From Candidatus Woesearchaeota archaeon (GTDB lineage: Archaea > Nanobdellota > Nanobdellia > Woesearchaeales > JABIAG01), in the NCBI GenBank assembly GCA_018653365.1, contig JABIAG010000002.1, positions 42,614 to 106,613 on the forward strand: 64,000 bases of DNA, read 5' to 3'. Shown here piece after piece: positions 1-10,225 of this stretch. Every line of letters starts with the position of its first letter. Within the stretch, counting starts at the first letter, position 1. The translations under genes and the position numbers were made by a program. The notes beneath the pieces are model-generated. The model saw only the letters and a program-made list of their open reading frames with translations. It had not been told where the DNA came from and searched no databases.

Positions 1-717
1 GATGTATTAAGAACATACAAGTCTGAATATCACGGAAGAAAAGCATTTGAGAGTTACATGTCTTGGTTTCCGTTAATAGTTTCCCCTTGTCTTGCGGGAA
101 TTGTTGCAGATTTAATGTGTGATGGACATTTACAAGGTAAAAAATGGAGGTTTGATTACACTTCCAATTCTATTGAAGAGTTAGAGAGATTCAACAGAAC
201 GATTCATTCTTTATTCAAAGTTAAAGGTAAAGTAAGAAAGTGTACAACCAATAAATATGAAACTTTTAATCTAGGTGTAAATAACAGTCCTTTAGCAAGA
301 GTGTTGAAACTTCTAGAAGTCCCTGCAGGAGCCAAGGTTTTATCTAGTTTTTCCATTCCTGATTGGATTCTTGCTGATAAGACTCTGTTTGGTAGATTCA
401 TAAATCGTTTAGTTAGTTGTGAAGGGTCTGTTGATGTAAAAAATAAATGTATTGACATTAGAATGTCAAAGTCTGAAGACTTGATTGTTGACGGTTTGTC
501 ATTCTTCAAAGATATTCAAAATTACTTGTGGAATTATTTTGAGATTAAAACAACAAACCCTTTTTTAGATCGAAGTTTCAATTTAAGAAAAGATGGGATA
601 AAAACAAAGACGATCCGACTAAAAATAAAAAGGAAAGAATCTCTTATAACTTTCAACAAATTCATAGGTATTGATGATAAAATTAAGAATAAAAAATTAA
701 AAAGAATAATTGGTTAA
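1..717 (+). CDS. Double-motif LAGLIDADG endonuclease-like protein, probably 5'-truncated by the window edge
   Basis: Motifs LAGIVADLMCDG and FINRLVSCEGSV; frame open from base 1 to TAA 717. Confidence 0.75.
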   Translation, partial: DVLRTYKSEYHGRKAFESYMSWFPLIVSPCLAGIVADLMCDGHLQGKKWRFDYTSNSIEELERFNRTIHSLFKVKGKVRKCTTNKYETFNLGVNNSPLARVLKLLEVPAGAKVLSSFSIPDWILADKTLFGRFINRLVSCEGSVDVKNKCIDIRMSKSEDLIVDGLSFFKDIQNYLWNYFEIKTTNPFLDRSFNLRKDGIKTKTIRLKIKRKESLITFNKFIGIDDKIKNKKLKRIIG

Positions 718-1098
718 TTATTCTACAACTTCTTCTTCAACTGAACTTTCAGGTGTTTCTTCAGCTTCATCAGGTGATTCAGTTGGTGCAGCTTCTGTTG
801 CGGGTGTATCTCCACTTACAACTTCTAACTTACCAAACTTACCTGTGGATAATTGTAATTCGCCTTGCCATTCTCCAACCCAGCCGTTCTCAATATGGAT
901 TTTGTCTCCAACGTTTACTTTGTCTACGTCTTCATTCCATAGTGTGAGTGTTACTGTTCCTGTTGAGTCTTTTACTGTTGCATTACATACTTTGCCTGAT
1001 TTTCCGAACTTTTCGAACTCTCTTGCTTCTGCTTTTTCTGCAACTTCTACTACTACATCTACATTTCCTGTTTTTGCTTTTAGATCTTTTATTTCCAT
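718..1098 (-). CDS. Single OB-fold ssDNA-binding protein with acidic tail
   Basis: KDSTGTVTLTLW...GDKIHIENG...QLSTGKFG, archaeal SSB pattern. Confidence 0.85.
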   Translation of the reverse strand: MEIKDLKAKTGNVDVVVEVAEKAEAREFEKFGKSGKVCNATVKDSTGTVTLTLWNEDVDKVNVGDKIHIENGWVGEWQGELQLSTGKFGKLEVVSGDTPATEAAPTESPDEAEETPESSVEEEVVE

Positions 1099-1137
1099 TT
1101 TAAATACCTCATTGATAAAAAGAAATTAATTAGATCT

Positions 1138-2544
1138 TTATAAAAGTTTTTGTTGTAGATAATTTTTCAGCTCATCTATTTTTACTCTTTCTTGTTCGGT
1201 TGAATCTCGATCACGAACAGTCACACAGCCATCTTCTTCAAAGTCTACAGTTACACAAAAAGGAGTTCCTTCTTCATCTGCTCGTGCGTATCTCCTTCCA
1301 ATTGAACCTGAAGAGTCAAACTTGCATATGAATTCGTTTCGTAATTCTTCAAACACTTCACGAGCTTCTTCTTTTAATTTATTTACTAGTGGGAATATCA
1401 TTACTTTTGTTGGTGCTAGTTTATTATTGAAATGCAATACAATGTTTCCTCTTTTTTTGTCATCTTCATATGCTTCGTACATCAACACCAAAAAGCTTCT
1501 TTCAACTCCTAGTGAGGGTTCTGCTACTACTGCGGGAATCACTTTTTCTTTTTTCTCTTCATCGTATAAGCTAAGATCTTTACCTGATTGTTCTATGTGA
1601 TTTTTTAAATCAAATTGTCCTCTGTCTGCAATTCCTTGTAATTCTTTCCATCCGAAGGGAAATTTGTATTCTAAGTCCCAACAATCTGTTGAATAGTGTG
1701 CTTTTTCATCTTTTTCGTGTTGTCTTATTCTAAAATTAGTGCCATTACATCCTAGTTCTAAGAAGAATCTTAATTCGGTTCCTAGCCAGTATGCGTGCCA
1801 GGGACTTTTTATGATGTTTTTTCCCAATGCGTCTTTTAGTTTCATTGGTTCCATTTTTTCGTTTTTTTCTTGCATTTCTGCTGAGTAAACGTTTATCTTA
1901 ACATCTTCTACCTCTTTTACAAAGGGGCAGTCATTGATTGAATCTGGATGTATGAAATATTCAATTTCCATTTGTTCGAATTCTCTATCTCGGAATATGA
2001 AGTTTCTTGGACTGATTTCATTTCTGAATGCTCTTCCTATTTGTGCTATTCCAAATGGTAACTTCATCCTGGCATTTTCAGCTACTAGTTTGAAATCTAC
2101 AAACATTAGTTGTGCTGTTTCGGGTCGTAGATAGCTTTCTACTCCTTTTCCTGGGCCAACAGCTGTTTTGAACATTAGGTTAAAGTCACCTTCAACAGCA
2201 TAATCTCCCCCACATTCACATTTCACTTTTCCAACTTCTGATTTGTCGAGTTTATTTTCTTTTTTACATTTTTTACAGACTACGTAAACGTCTGTGAAAC
2301 AATCAACATGTCCAGAAGCTTTCCATACTTTTGGGTGTGTAATGATGGAACCATCTATTCCTACAATGTCTTCTCTGGATTGTACGTGGTATTTCCACCA
2401 GGCATCTTTTAAATTCTTCTTCAACTCACTTCCTAATGGTCCGAAGTCAAAGAATCCTGCCATTCCGCCGTAAATTTCAGAGTTTGGATAGACAAAACCT
2501 TTTTTCTTACAAAAGCTTGCCATTTCATCTATTGATAATGTCAT
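1138..2544 (-). CDS. glyS: Glycyl-tRNA synthetase (alpha2 type)
   Basis: YLRPETAQ, FRNEISPR, REFEQMEIEYF, EPSLGVER, SIGRRYARADE. Confidence 0.97.
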   Translation of the reverse strand: MTLSIDEMASFCKKKGFVYPNSEIYGGMAGFFDFGPLGSELKKNLKDAWWKYHVQSREDIVGIDGSIITHPKVWKASGHVDCFTDVYVVCKKCKKENKLDKSEVGKVKCECGGDYAVEGDFNLMFKTAVGPGKGVESYLRPETAQLMFVDFKLVAENARMKLPFGIAQIGRAFRNEISPRNFIFRDREFEQMEIEYFIHPDSINDCPFVKEVEDVKINVYSAEMQEKNEKMEPMKLKDALGKNIIKSPWHAYWLGTELRFFLELGCNGTNFRIRQHEKDEKAHYSTDCWDLEYKFPFGWKELQGIADRGQFDLKNHIEQSGKDLSLYDEEKKEKVIPAVVAEPSLGVERSFLVLMYEAYEDDKKRGNIVLHFNNKLAPTKVMIFPLVNKLKEEAREVFEELRNEFICKFDSSGSIGRRYARADEEGTPFCVTVDFEEDGCVTVRDRDSTEQERVKIDELKNYLQQKLL

Positions 2545-2607
2545 GTTGGTTGAGAAAGATGTTGTGTTTATAAAATTTGTGTAGAAAAAAATAAAAAAAT
2601 AATGGAA

Positions 2608-3249
2608 TTACTTCCATATCCACCCAAATAGTCCTTTAGATTTCTTTTCTTTTGTTGCAACGTTGTTTAGTCTTGTTTGTTCTTGTTCCATCGCTGTTAT
2701 TTGTTCTTCCATGATTGCTTTTTCTTCTTCTGTTGCTTCTTCTGTTAGAACTTTTAGTTGTTCGATTTTCTCTTTGTTTGACTTAACTTTTTCTTCGATT
2801 TCTTTTGCTGCTTCTTCATCGCCACCGGCAAACATTCTTTTGAATTTACTTCTTTTTGCAATTTTTTCTTCTGAGTTTGTTGTGGCTTTAAGTGAGTTGT
2901 TAAAGTCTTTTGCGATTGCACTTACTTGTTTGCCAATTCCGCCCTCTCTGTTTTCCATTGTTAGTAATGATTTTACTGCATCTCTAACTCTATTTTGGCT
3001 TTGTACTTCTGATCGTACTTGTTTTTGTACTTGCTTATTTTCTGTTGAATCTGTTTTATCTTCGTCATCATCCATTAGGTCATCATCTTCGTTATCTAAA
3101 TTATCATCCATTCCCTGTCCACTTCCTGCTGCCTTTAGTTCAGGATTTTCAATTCCGGTTCCTGGTTCATGTACTCCCTCTCCTTGTCTTGCCATTGCTA
3201 CACTTGCTAGCAATAGTGTAATACATAGTATTAATAATATTTTTTTCAT
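2608..3249 (-). CDS. Secreted coiled-coil hypothetical protein
   Basis: Signal peptide MKKILLILCITLLLASVAMA, helical charged body. Confidence 0.75.
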   Translation of the reverse strand: MKKILLILCITLLLASVAMARQGEGVHEPGTGIENPELKAAGSGQGMDDNLDNEDDDLMDDDEDKTDSTENKQVQKQVRSEVQSQNRVRDAVKSLLTMENREGGIGKQVSAIAKDFNNSLKATTNSEEKIAKRSKFKRMFAGGDEEAAKEIEEKVKSNKEKIEQLKVLTEEATEEEKAIMEEQITAMEQEQTRLNNVATKEKKSKGLFGWIWK

Positions 3250-3836
3250 TTTTGTTCCTCCTTTGCAAATATTTTTGTAAAACTATATAGTAATCGTAAA
3301 ACGGTTTCAATAACGATGATCATTATTAAATAATATATTATTGTGCTTGTTAATGAAAAGCTTTGTTTTAACACCGTAATAGAACTTGATATGGTTATTA
3401 GATTGAAGTCAATAATAAAAACACCTAGTAGTGCTAAAGGTAACATTTTTGCCAAATCTTTTGCCAGGTCTTCACTTAGGTAGGCGGTTATTCTTATTGC
3501 TGCTAATATCGCGATTGAGATTAGTAGTATGTGATTTATTGTTTGATTTTGTGTTAATAAGGATAATAGTCCAACTAATATTGCGAACCAGATGAATGCA
3601 AATATTGGGAATAGTATTATGTATTCTACAATGTAAAGAAGGATTCTTACTGTTTTTTCTAGTGTTGGGTGTTGAGCAGTGTTGTATTTTTTTAAGTTTA
3701 ATTCAAATATGTTTTTTGCTGATATTCGTTTATATAAGACAAAAACAAGTACTGCATATATTACAATTCCAATTATAAAATAGAACGTTGGTTGTAGAAC
3801 GGTTATTCCTTCAGCTATGCTTAAGTTTGAAATCAT
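3246..3836 (-). CDS. Multi-pass membrane protein
   Basis: About 5 hydrophobic segments; 4-nt overlap with the next gene. Confidence 0.75.
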   Translation of the reverse strand: MISNLSIAEGITVLQPTFYFIIGIVIYAVLVFVLYKRISAKNIFELNLKKYNTAQHPTLEKTVRILLYIVEYIILFPIFAFIWFAILVGLLSLLTQNQTINHILLISIAILAAIRITAYLSEDLAKDLAKMLPLALLGVFIIDFNLITISSSITVLKQSFSLTSTIIYYLIMIIVIETVLRLLYSFTKIFAKEEQK

Positions 3837-3883
3837 GAATTTAAATTAGAAAACTACTATTTAAATGTTAAGAAAAAGAATTA

Positions 3884-5056
3884 TTATTTTCTAAGCCAGG
3901 TTATTTCTTCTTCTGATAGGTCAAACTCTCTGAATTCTTTTCCCTTTTTTATCATGGTTTGAACATAAGGTAGTACGTCTGAAATAACTCTTTTAGCAGA
4001 AGTATGAGTTTTTTCAGCTATCTTTCTAGCTATTTCTTTTCGCTTTTGATATTTCATGTTTGCCATCCATATTTTAAGGATGCGCGAGGTTGGTTTGTAT
4101 GTTATCATTTCTTTGTATTTTTCTTTTTTCGATAGTGCAACTCCTGCACTCATTAACGTACCTGCATATACTAAGAATCTCCAGTGTTGCCATCTTCTTA
4201 TTCTTCCCATGTAAACACTTGCTTTTGATAAGCAATCAAATGCATTAGCTATATCTTTTCCTTTATATTCTCTTGGAATGTTCTCTTCTAGCCATAACAT
4301 TTGTTTGTCAATGTCTTCATTTACATTCCAAAATGCAGAATTTGCAACGTTGGCATCTGTTGTTTTAAACACTTTTAGTAATGCATTTAGCATGTTTTCT
4401 GTTTTGTCTCTAAATCCAATTAGTTCTAAATTGTCAAGTTTTCCCTCACCGGTTAACATTTGTAAATCGTTTATTGCTGCTCTTAAATCTCCCCCACTTC
4501 TTCTTGCTAAATCAGATAGTAATTCTTCTTTATATTCGATTCCTTCGTTTTCACAAATATGTTTTAGTTTGTTTAAGATTGCTTCATGGTCGAGTGTGTT
4601 GAATTCAAGTAGGGTGCATTTTTTTCTTAATCCTGAGAATTTTTTGTCAAAGGGATCATTTGCTGTGATGATCATTGGGAATGGTGAATCAATGATTAGT
4701 TTTACTAATGCTGTTACTCCTCCGCGATCTTTTTGTCCAGATATGCCATCTACTTCATCTATTAATACTATTTTGCCCTTGTTAAATGAGAATAGGGATT
4801 GTTGTTGGGTTGCACTTCCTACTATGTCTTCTATTTGGCTTTTATTACGTGCATCTGATGCGTTTACCTCGAATACTTCCATTTCGCTTTCTGCAGCTAT
4901 GGCATATATTGCGGATGTTTTTCCACATCCTACTGGTCCGTATACAAATGCTGCTTTTCCTTTTTTGAAGTTGCTAACAAATTCTTTTAACCCTTTCAAA
5001 TCCTGGCCTACTACTTCAGCAGAAGTTTTTGGCAGGTATTTATCTGTGTAGTTCAT
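3884..5056 (-). CDS. rfcL: Replication factor C large subunit
   Basis: Walker A GPVGCGKT, EVNASDAR, LIDEVDG, GDLRAAINDLQ. Confidence 0.95.
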   Translation of the reverse strand: MNYTDKYLPKTSAEVVGQDLKGLKEFVSNFKKGKAAFVYGPVGCGKTSAIYAIAAESEMEVFEVNASDARNKSQIEDIVGSATQQQSLFSFNKGKIVLIDEVDGISGQKDRGGVTALVKLIIDSPFPMIITANDPFDKKFSGLRKKCTLLEFNTLDHEAILNKLKHICENEGIEYKEELLSDLARRSGGDLRAAINDLQMLTGEGKLDNLELIGFRDKTENMLNALLKVFKTTDANVANSAFWNVNEDIDKQMLWLEENIPREYKGKDIANAFDCLSKASVYMGRIRRWQHWRFLVYAGTLMSAGVALSKKEKYKEMITYKPTSRILKIWMANMKYQKRKEIARKIAEKTHTSAKRVISDVLPYVQTMIKKGKEFREFDLSEEEITWLRK

Positions 5057-5089
5057 TAAGAATTATTAACTTTTAATCATATATAACTA

Positions 5090-7249
5090 TTATTGTTTCT
5101 TACTTTGTCTTTCTATGTTTCGACATTTGGGGTATGCATCGCATGCTAGGAAGTGTCCATATACTGATTTTCTTAACACCATTTTTCCTTTTTTACATTT
5201 GGGACATTTTTTGCCCTCGTTTTTTGCCTCTATTTTTTTAGAAGGGCAGTCTGTGTTTATGCAGACTTCTTGTGGTCGTTTTCCTCTTTTTATCATTGTG
5301 ATCATTATTGAGTTGCATTCTTCACATATTTTTTCTGATTTTTTTACCATGCCATTTGAAGGTATGGAAAAAGTTGTCTTACAATCAGGGTATTTGTCAC
5401 ATGCTATGAATTGGCCAAATCTGCCTCTTCTTATTCTTAGTACTCCCTCTTTGCAGTTGGGACATTTTCCCATTGTTTCTATTTGGTCTCGAGTTTCAGT
5501 GAAGGTTTTTCTTAGTTCTCCGCCTACTTTTGCTTCTTTTAGTCCGAAGTCTTTTATTATTTCAATTATGATTTTTTTTGCTTCTGCTAATACTGATTCT
5601 GGTTTTTTCTTTTCTTTTCTTATCTTTTCCATTTCTTCTTCGAAATGTCTTGTCATCTCTTCATCAGTTATTTTTGGTACGTATTTTGCTAGAATTTTAT
5701 CAACTTTAAGTCCTAATTCTGTAACCTCTAATTTTTTCCCATCAAGATAATGTCTTTGGAATAATGTATCGATGATAGAAGCACGGGTAGCTTTGGTTCC
5801 TAAATTTCTTTTTTCTAATTCTTTAATTATTGAGGCTTCTGTAAATCTTTTTGGGGGTTGAGTTTCTTTGTCTAATTTTTTTATTTTCTTGCTTTTTACT
5901 TCTTCACCGGTGGTTGTTTTTGGTAGTTCTTCTTCTTTTTGTTTTCCAAATGTTCCGTAATATTCCAGCCACCCTTTTTCTTTTGTTACTGTTCCTTTTG
6001 TTACGAATATTTCTTCATTACAGTCTATATTGTATGTTACTGTTTCTTTTAGTGCTGGTTCTCCGAATGTTGCTAGGAATCTTCTTACAATTAGTTCGTA
6101 TAATTTTCCTTTTCTACTGTCTAGTTTCTTTGGTGAGTCGCCTGTAGGATATATTGCGGGGTGGGCTTCGTCTTTTTTCTTTCCATTATTGGGTTTTAGA
6201 CTTTTGCCCATTAATTCTGTTGCATGTTTTTCAAATTCTGCTTGATTGGCTAATTTTTTCAAAATTTTCTTGTACCCAATACTTTCGGGTAATTGTTGGG
6301 AAGAAGTTCTTGGATAAGAAATTGCTCCGGAAGTATACAGCTCTTGTGCTATTGATAGGGTTTCTTTTGGTGGAATTTTTATTTTTCCATATGCTTCAAT
6401 TTGTAGTGAGGTTAAGTCAAAGGGGTGTGGGGGTTGTTGTTTAAACTCCCTACTTTTTATGTCTTTGATGTTGGCTTTTTTACCTTTTGTTTTTTCAAGA
6501 ATGTCTAAAACCTCTTTTTCTTTTTCGAACTTTCCATTTTTGTGTGATGCGATTACTTCACCATTTTCTAATTTACCTGTTAGTTCAATTTCCCAGAAGG
6601 GTGTTGGTTTGAATTTTTTTATCTCTCTTTCACGATCTGCTAATAATTTCAAAGCAGGTCCCTGAACTCTTCCTGTAGATAATAATTTGTATGTGCCTGC
6701 ACTTGATATTGCTTTTGTTAGTGCTCTTGATATGTTGATGCCGTAGAACCAATCTAGTTTGTGTCTTGTCTCTCCTGCATTTGCTTGTCCCCAATCGAGA
6801 TGCGATTCTTTTTTCTCGTAAGAACTAACTAGTTCGTCTTTAGTTAAAGTAGAGAACTTCATTCGGTTTGCATCTTTTTTCTTTGCAACATATCTTACAA
6901 TGTTTAGACCTATGACTTCTCCCTCAATATCAAAGTCTGTTGCAACGGTGAATGTGTCACATTGTTTTGCTAATCTTTTCAAAGTATTCAAATATTTTTT
7001 TGAGAAGTCTGCTTGTTTTCTTAGTTCGGATGAGGGTACCCAGTCAATATCAAATAGGGGGAATCCTTTACCTTTTGCTTTTAATCCATATAAGTGACCA
7101 ACTGCACATCCTACAATTATATCGTTATTTTTATATTTTAGTTTGTAAAATGGTACTTTGTTGTCGCTTTCTTTTGTTGCTTTACCGTCGGAAAGAGCGT
7201 CTGCAATTCTTTTGGCTGCATTTGGTTTTTCTGAAATGATTAATTCCAT
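5090..7249 (-). CDS. topA: DNA topoisomerase IA with C-terminal Zn ribbons
   Basis: TOPRIM ISEKP/ATDFDIEGE, GRVQ, catalytic ISYPRT, C4 zinc ribbons. Confidence 0.97.
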   Translation of the reverse strand: MELIISEKPNAAKRIADALSDGKATKESDNKVPFYKLKYKNNDIIVGCAVGHLYGLKAKGKGFPLFDIDWVPSSELRKQADFSKKYLNTLKRLAKQCDTFTVATDFDIEGEVIGLNIVRYVAKKKDANRMKFSTLTKDELVSSYEKKESHLDWGQANAGETRHKLDWFYGINISRALTKAISSAGTYKLLSTGRVQGPALKLLADREREIKKFKPTPFWEIELTGKLENGEVIASHKNGKFEKEKEVLDILEKTKGKKANIKDIKSREFKQQPPHPFDLTSLQIEAYGKIKIPPKETLSIAQELYTSGAISYPRTSSQQLPESIGYKKILKKLANQAEFEKHATELMGKSLKPNNGKKKDEAHPAIYPTGDSPKKLDSRKGKLYELIVRRFLATFGEPALKETVTYNIDCNEEIFVTKGTVTKEKGWLEYYGTFGKQKEEELPKTTTGEEVKSKKIKKLDKETQPPKRFTEASIIKELEKRNLGTKATRASIIDTLFQRHYLDGKKLEVTELGLKVDKILAKYVPKITDEEMTRHFEEEMEKIRKEKKKPESVLAEAKKIIIEIIKDFGLKEAKVGGELRKTFTETRDQIETMGKCPNCKEGVLRIRRGRFGQFIACDKYPDCKTTFSIPSNGMVKKSEKICEECNSIMITMIKRGKRPQEVCINTDCPSKKIEAKNEGKKCPKCKKGKMVLRKSVYGHFLACDAYPKCRNIERQSKKQ

Positions 7250-7291
7250 GAATTTAATGGTAACTAAAGAATCTTATAAAAAAGTATCTAT

Positions 7292-7654
7292 TTAGTGTAA
7301 AAATTCGGTTGTAAATGCATTATTTACATCCATTCCTTCTGAAACTATTCCCTCTTCTACTAGTCGATCATATGTTTCTTTGAACATTTCATAATCCATA
7401 TGTCCGTCAACACTAGTAACTGAATTATCAATAATTAATCTTTTCATTTCTGTTTCTGCATTAAGTTTTGCATTTCTTTTCACTGTTGATTTAACTCCGT
7501 CTTCTGGATTTTCAACAACATAGTTCACTCCTTTTAATGTTGCCCTCACAAATCGTTGTACTGTTTCTGGATGTTCTTTAATCATTTCTTCTGTCGCAAA
7601 TAAGGTAAGTCCGTGTGTATTAATTCCATAATTTGCAGGAGATATGATATTAAG
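7292..7654 (-). pseudogene. C-terminal remnant of an NMT1/THI5-like ABC substrate-binding protein
   Basis: YGINTHGLTLFATEEMIKEHPETVQRFVRATLKG...AFTTEFL; frame open to 7654 then TGA; N-terminal part absent. Confidence 0.65.
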
Positions 7655-7703
7655 TCAAAACAAAATGCTGAACGGTATAGAAAGTTCTTTCACTCGGTTT
7701 GGT

Positions 7704-7976
7704 CTAGGCAATCATCTTAACAAAAACTAGTATTAATGCAAGATTGATTCCTACTGCTGTTAGTCTAAACATCTTTTCTATTTTTTGTATTTTGTGAGCG
7801 TTTAATCTTTTAATGTATGCATCATACTCTTTTACTTTTGCAGAATAGAAATCTTCAGCATCATTGAAGTCATGGTAAACTCCATTTTTTCTTTTATTTT
7901 TTTCTAATTCTAAATGTGCTACATACTTGTAAGTGTGTGCTAGATGTAATCGGTTTTCAATCTCCCCCAGTTTCAT
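7704..7976 (-). CDS. Hypothetical protein with C-terminal TM helix
   Basis: 90-aa ORF, TATA upstream. Confidence 0.6.
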   Translation of the reverse strand: MKLGEIENRLHLAHTYKYVAHLELEKNKRKNGVYHDFNDAEDFYSAKVKEYDAYIKRLNAHKIQKIEKMFRLTAVGINLALILVFVKMIA

Positions 7977-8020
7977 GCTTTTTTATAGAATCTTAACTAT
8001 ATAAATTTTGTGTCATTAGA

Positions 8021-8443
8021 TCAGGGAGCTTCCATTCGTGCTTTAAGATCTCTAAATGTGGTTTTTAGTCCATATGGGAGTCGATCTTGTAAGTTAAGAT
8101 CTTTGCTGTGCCCTTTTGCTCCTCTTTCAATTTCTTTTCTTGCAGAGTCTGGACATCGGTCTTCCAGTTTTGCTATTATTTGTTGGCCGACTTCTCGCGA
8201 TCTTCCTGAAGAACATAGGGGTTGGTAGGGACAGCGTAACGTATTGCAGATGTGGTCTGAAGTTTTAACAATCTCTATTCGGGTCATATCTCGAACTGAG
8301 ACTGAGAATGCCAACAACCTATCATAAAAAGGACCGTATGCATGAATAAATATTGCACGGTTTTTTTCTCGCTGTCTCTGGGTTATGGTCTGAGCAGCAA
8401 TTATGAATGTGATGTGGTGGGGTTTTAACCTTATGTAATCCAT
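8021..8443 (-). CDS. DUF1284-like putative metal-binding protein
   Basis: LKPHH N-terminus and DHIC..CP...C pattern. Confidence 0.55.
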   Translation of the reverse strand: MDYIRLKPHHITFIIAAQTITQRQREKNRAIFIHAYGPFYDRLLAFSVSVRDMTRIEIVKTSDHICNTLRCPYQPLCSSGRSREVGQQIIAKLEDRCPDSARKEIERGAKGHSKDLNLQDRLPYGLKTTFRDLKARMEAP

Positions 8444-8535
8444 GGTCGAGGGAGGGGTTGTGATTATTTAAAGATTGAGGAATTATCGGTTTTAATGTTA
8501 GAAAAAGTTAAAAACATTCCGTTTAGAAGAGGATC

Positions 8536-9480
8536 ATGGATCAAATAATCGATGAACTCTTACAATCTTTGAGTGAGACTATTAACAAACCCAGCACTAA
8601 AGCATTGTTTCAGGGCAAAGACTATCATGAAATTCCTTTTAATCAGTCTAACTTCAATCCAATAACTCCAATAAAGGGTAAGTTGGCATTTGTTGACGGG
8701 GGTAATGCAGAAATACTTTCAGCCGTTAACTTCTCTTTACAATTCTTCAGAATATACTATTGTATTTATGAAAATAACAAACTACTAAAACAAGATAAGA
8801 AAGAGTTCTTTGCTTTAATTAATTCTATTCCAAAAAATAATAAAATCTTTTTTCAAACTAAACTATTTCAATCAGACCTAGAAATCCCCTTAATACAATC
8901 TACTGAAGTTGAATCACTAGCATCAGTTGCAGACCTAATCAGAAGAGCAGCAGAAATAGAAATCACAAAAGAAATAAATTCAGAATATGTTATTCTTGAT
9001 GGTAATCTAAAAGCAGATGCAGAGTTCATTAGGGAATTGCTAAAAAACAAAACATTATACGCGTTATCAAAAACTAACGAATTATACACTGATTCAGGAA
9101 ACTCATTAACCGTTGAACTTTCTACCCTTTCCCCGTTCGATTCTTGGCAGTACACCAACTTAGTTAAGATATCTTCAAAAATGCACAACGCAGATATTGT
9201 AATAACCAAACTTCATCCATTATCAAAATACATTTTCAAACTCGAAACTCCTAAAGATACTGATTTAAACATAATTCCTGTTCTGGCTTCTAATTCAACA
9301 GATCCAGTATTTCTTGGTTATCCGTACGGGCTTGTACAAGCAGATAAACATGCAAGGGTCTCAAATCAAGAAAAAGAATATTTTAAGGTGAAACTTCTCA
9401 CTTCCTCTAAAAATAAGGAGAAATTATCACAATATTTAAATACTATTAACGCGCATAATATTTTAGATAGCATATTATAG
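8536..9480 (+). CDS. nurA: NurA-family nuclease
   Basis: AFVDGG, VILDG, ALSKT, GYPYGLVQADKHARV. Confidence 0.85.
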   Translation: MDQIIDELLQSLSETINKPSTKALFQGKDYHEIPFNQSNFNPITPIKGKLAFVDGGNAEILSAVNFSLQFFRIYYCIYENNKLLKQDKKEFFALINSIPKNNKIFFQTKLFQSDLEIPLIQSTEVESLASVADLIRRAAEIEITKEINSEYVILDGNLKADAEFIRELLKNKTLYALSKTNELYTDSGNSLTVELSTLSPFDSWQYTNLVKISSKMHNADIVITKLHPLSKYIFKLETPKDTDLNIIPVLASNSTDPVFLGYPYGLVQADKHARVSNQEKEYFKVKLLTSSKNKEKLSQYLNTINAHNILDSIL

Positions 9481-9488
9481 AAAGTAAA

Positions 9489-9953
9489 ATGGTTAAAAAA
9501 AGGGGTGTAAAGAAAAGAGGCAGTACTAAGAAGTCTTCTGTTAAGTCTCGTTCTAAAAAAGCACCTAAACGTTCTAAAAAACAGAAAATAATCTTAGATA
9601 TTGGAAAAGGAGGTTTTGTTTTCGGTATTATTCTTGCGATTGTTGTAGGTATTTTGTTAGGCACTTCTAATGTCAAACTTGGTTTAGGCGTGGGTATTAC
9701 ATATTCAATTATTTTTCTATTGGGTTTAATTGTCGGTATTTTGAATATTACGGTTGATGAAATTAATGAGTTTTTAATTGCAGCCATTACTTTTTTAGTT
9801 GCTGCTGGCGTTAACGTTTTTGTTATTAAGATGACCTTGCCTTTATTTGGGGGAGTTATTGAACAAATTTCTGTTGCGATTGGAGTTTTCGTTGCTCCTG
9901 CTGCAACCATTGTTGCGATCAAAGCAATGTATGAATTAGCAAAGAAAAAGTAA
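9489..9953 (+). CDS. Membrane protein with Lys-rich N-terminus
   Basis: 4 TM segments, GLIVGILNIT..E...FL and FVAPAA motifs. Confidence 0.75.
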   Translation: MVKKRGVKKRGSTKKSSVKSRSKKAPKRSKKQKIILDIGKGGFVFGIILAIVVGILLGTSNVKLGLGVGITYSIIFLLGLIVGILNITVDEINEFLIAAITFLVAAGVNVFVIKMTLPLFGGVIEQISVAIGVFVAPAATIVAIKAMYELAKKK

Positions 9954-10046
9954 AGTTTATAAAGGAATTCTCACTACTTTATCATATGGATGCGAAATCA
10001 ATTATAGGAATGCATCATTAACAACCCTTCTCATAGTTTTTACTTT

Positions 10047-10120
10047 GGTGACCATAGTGTAGCCTGGTAGCATTGAAGCCTGTGGAGCTTTAGGGGCGGG
10101 TTCAAATCCCGCTGGCCACC
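10047..10120 (+). tRNA. tRNA-His(GTG), encoded G-1, no CCA
   Basis: Cloverleaf; anticodon arm GAAGC-CTGTGGA-GCTTT; T arm GCGGG-TTCAAAT-CCCGC. Confidence 0.93.
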
Positions 10121-10225
10121 CTCTTTTTAATTTCTTAAATAAGGAGTAGTAGAGTCATATCTATACTTCTTGGAGGACTAAAATGAAACAAAAAACAGAA
10201 CAGATTAGGGAGGCTAAGGCACAGG

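Noticed and set aside
1-717. Intein
   Set aside because: No C-terminal splicing motif or downstream extein; ends in a stop.
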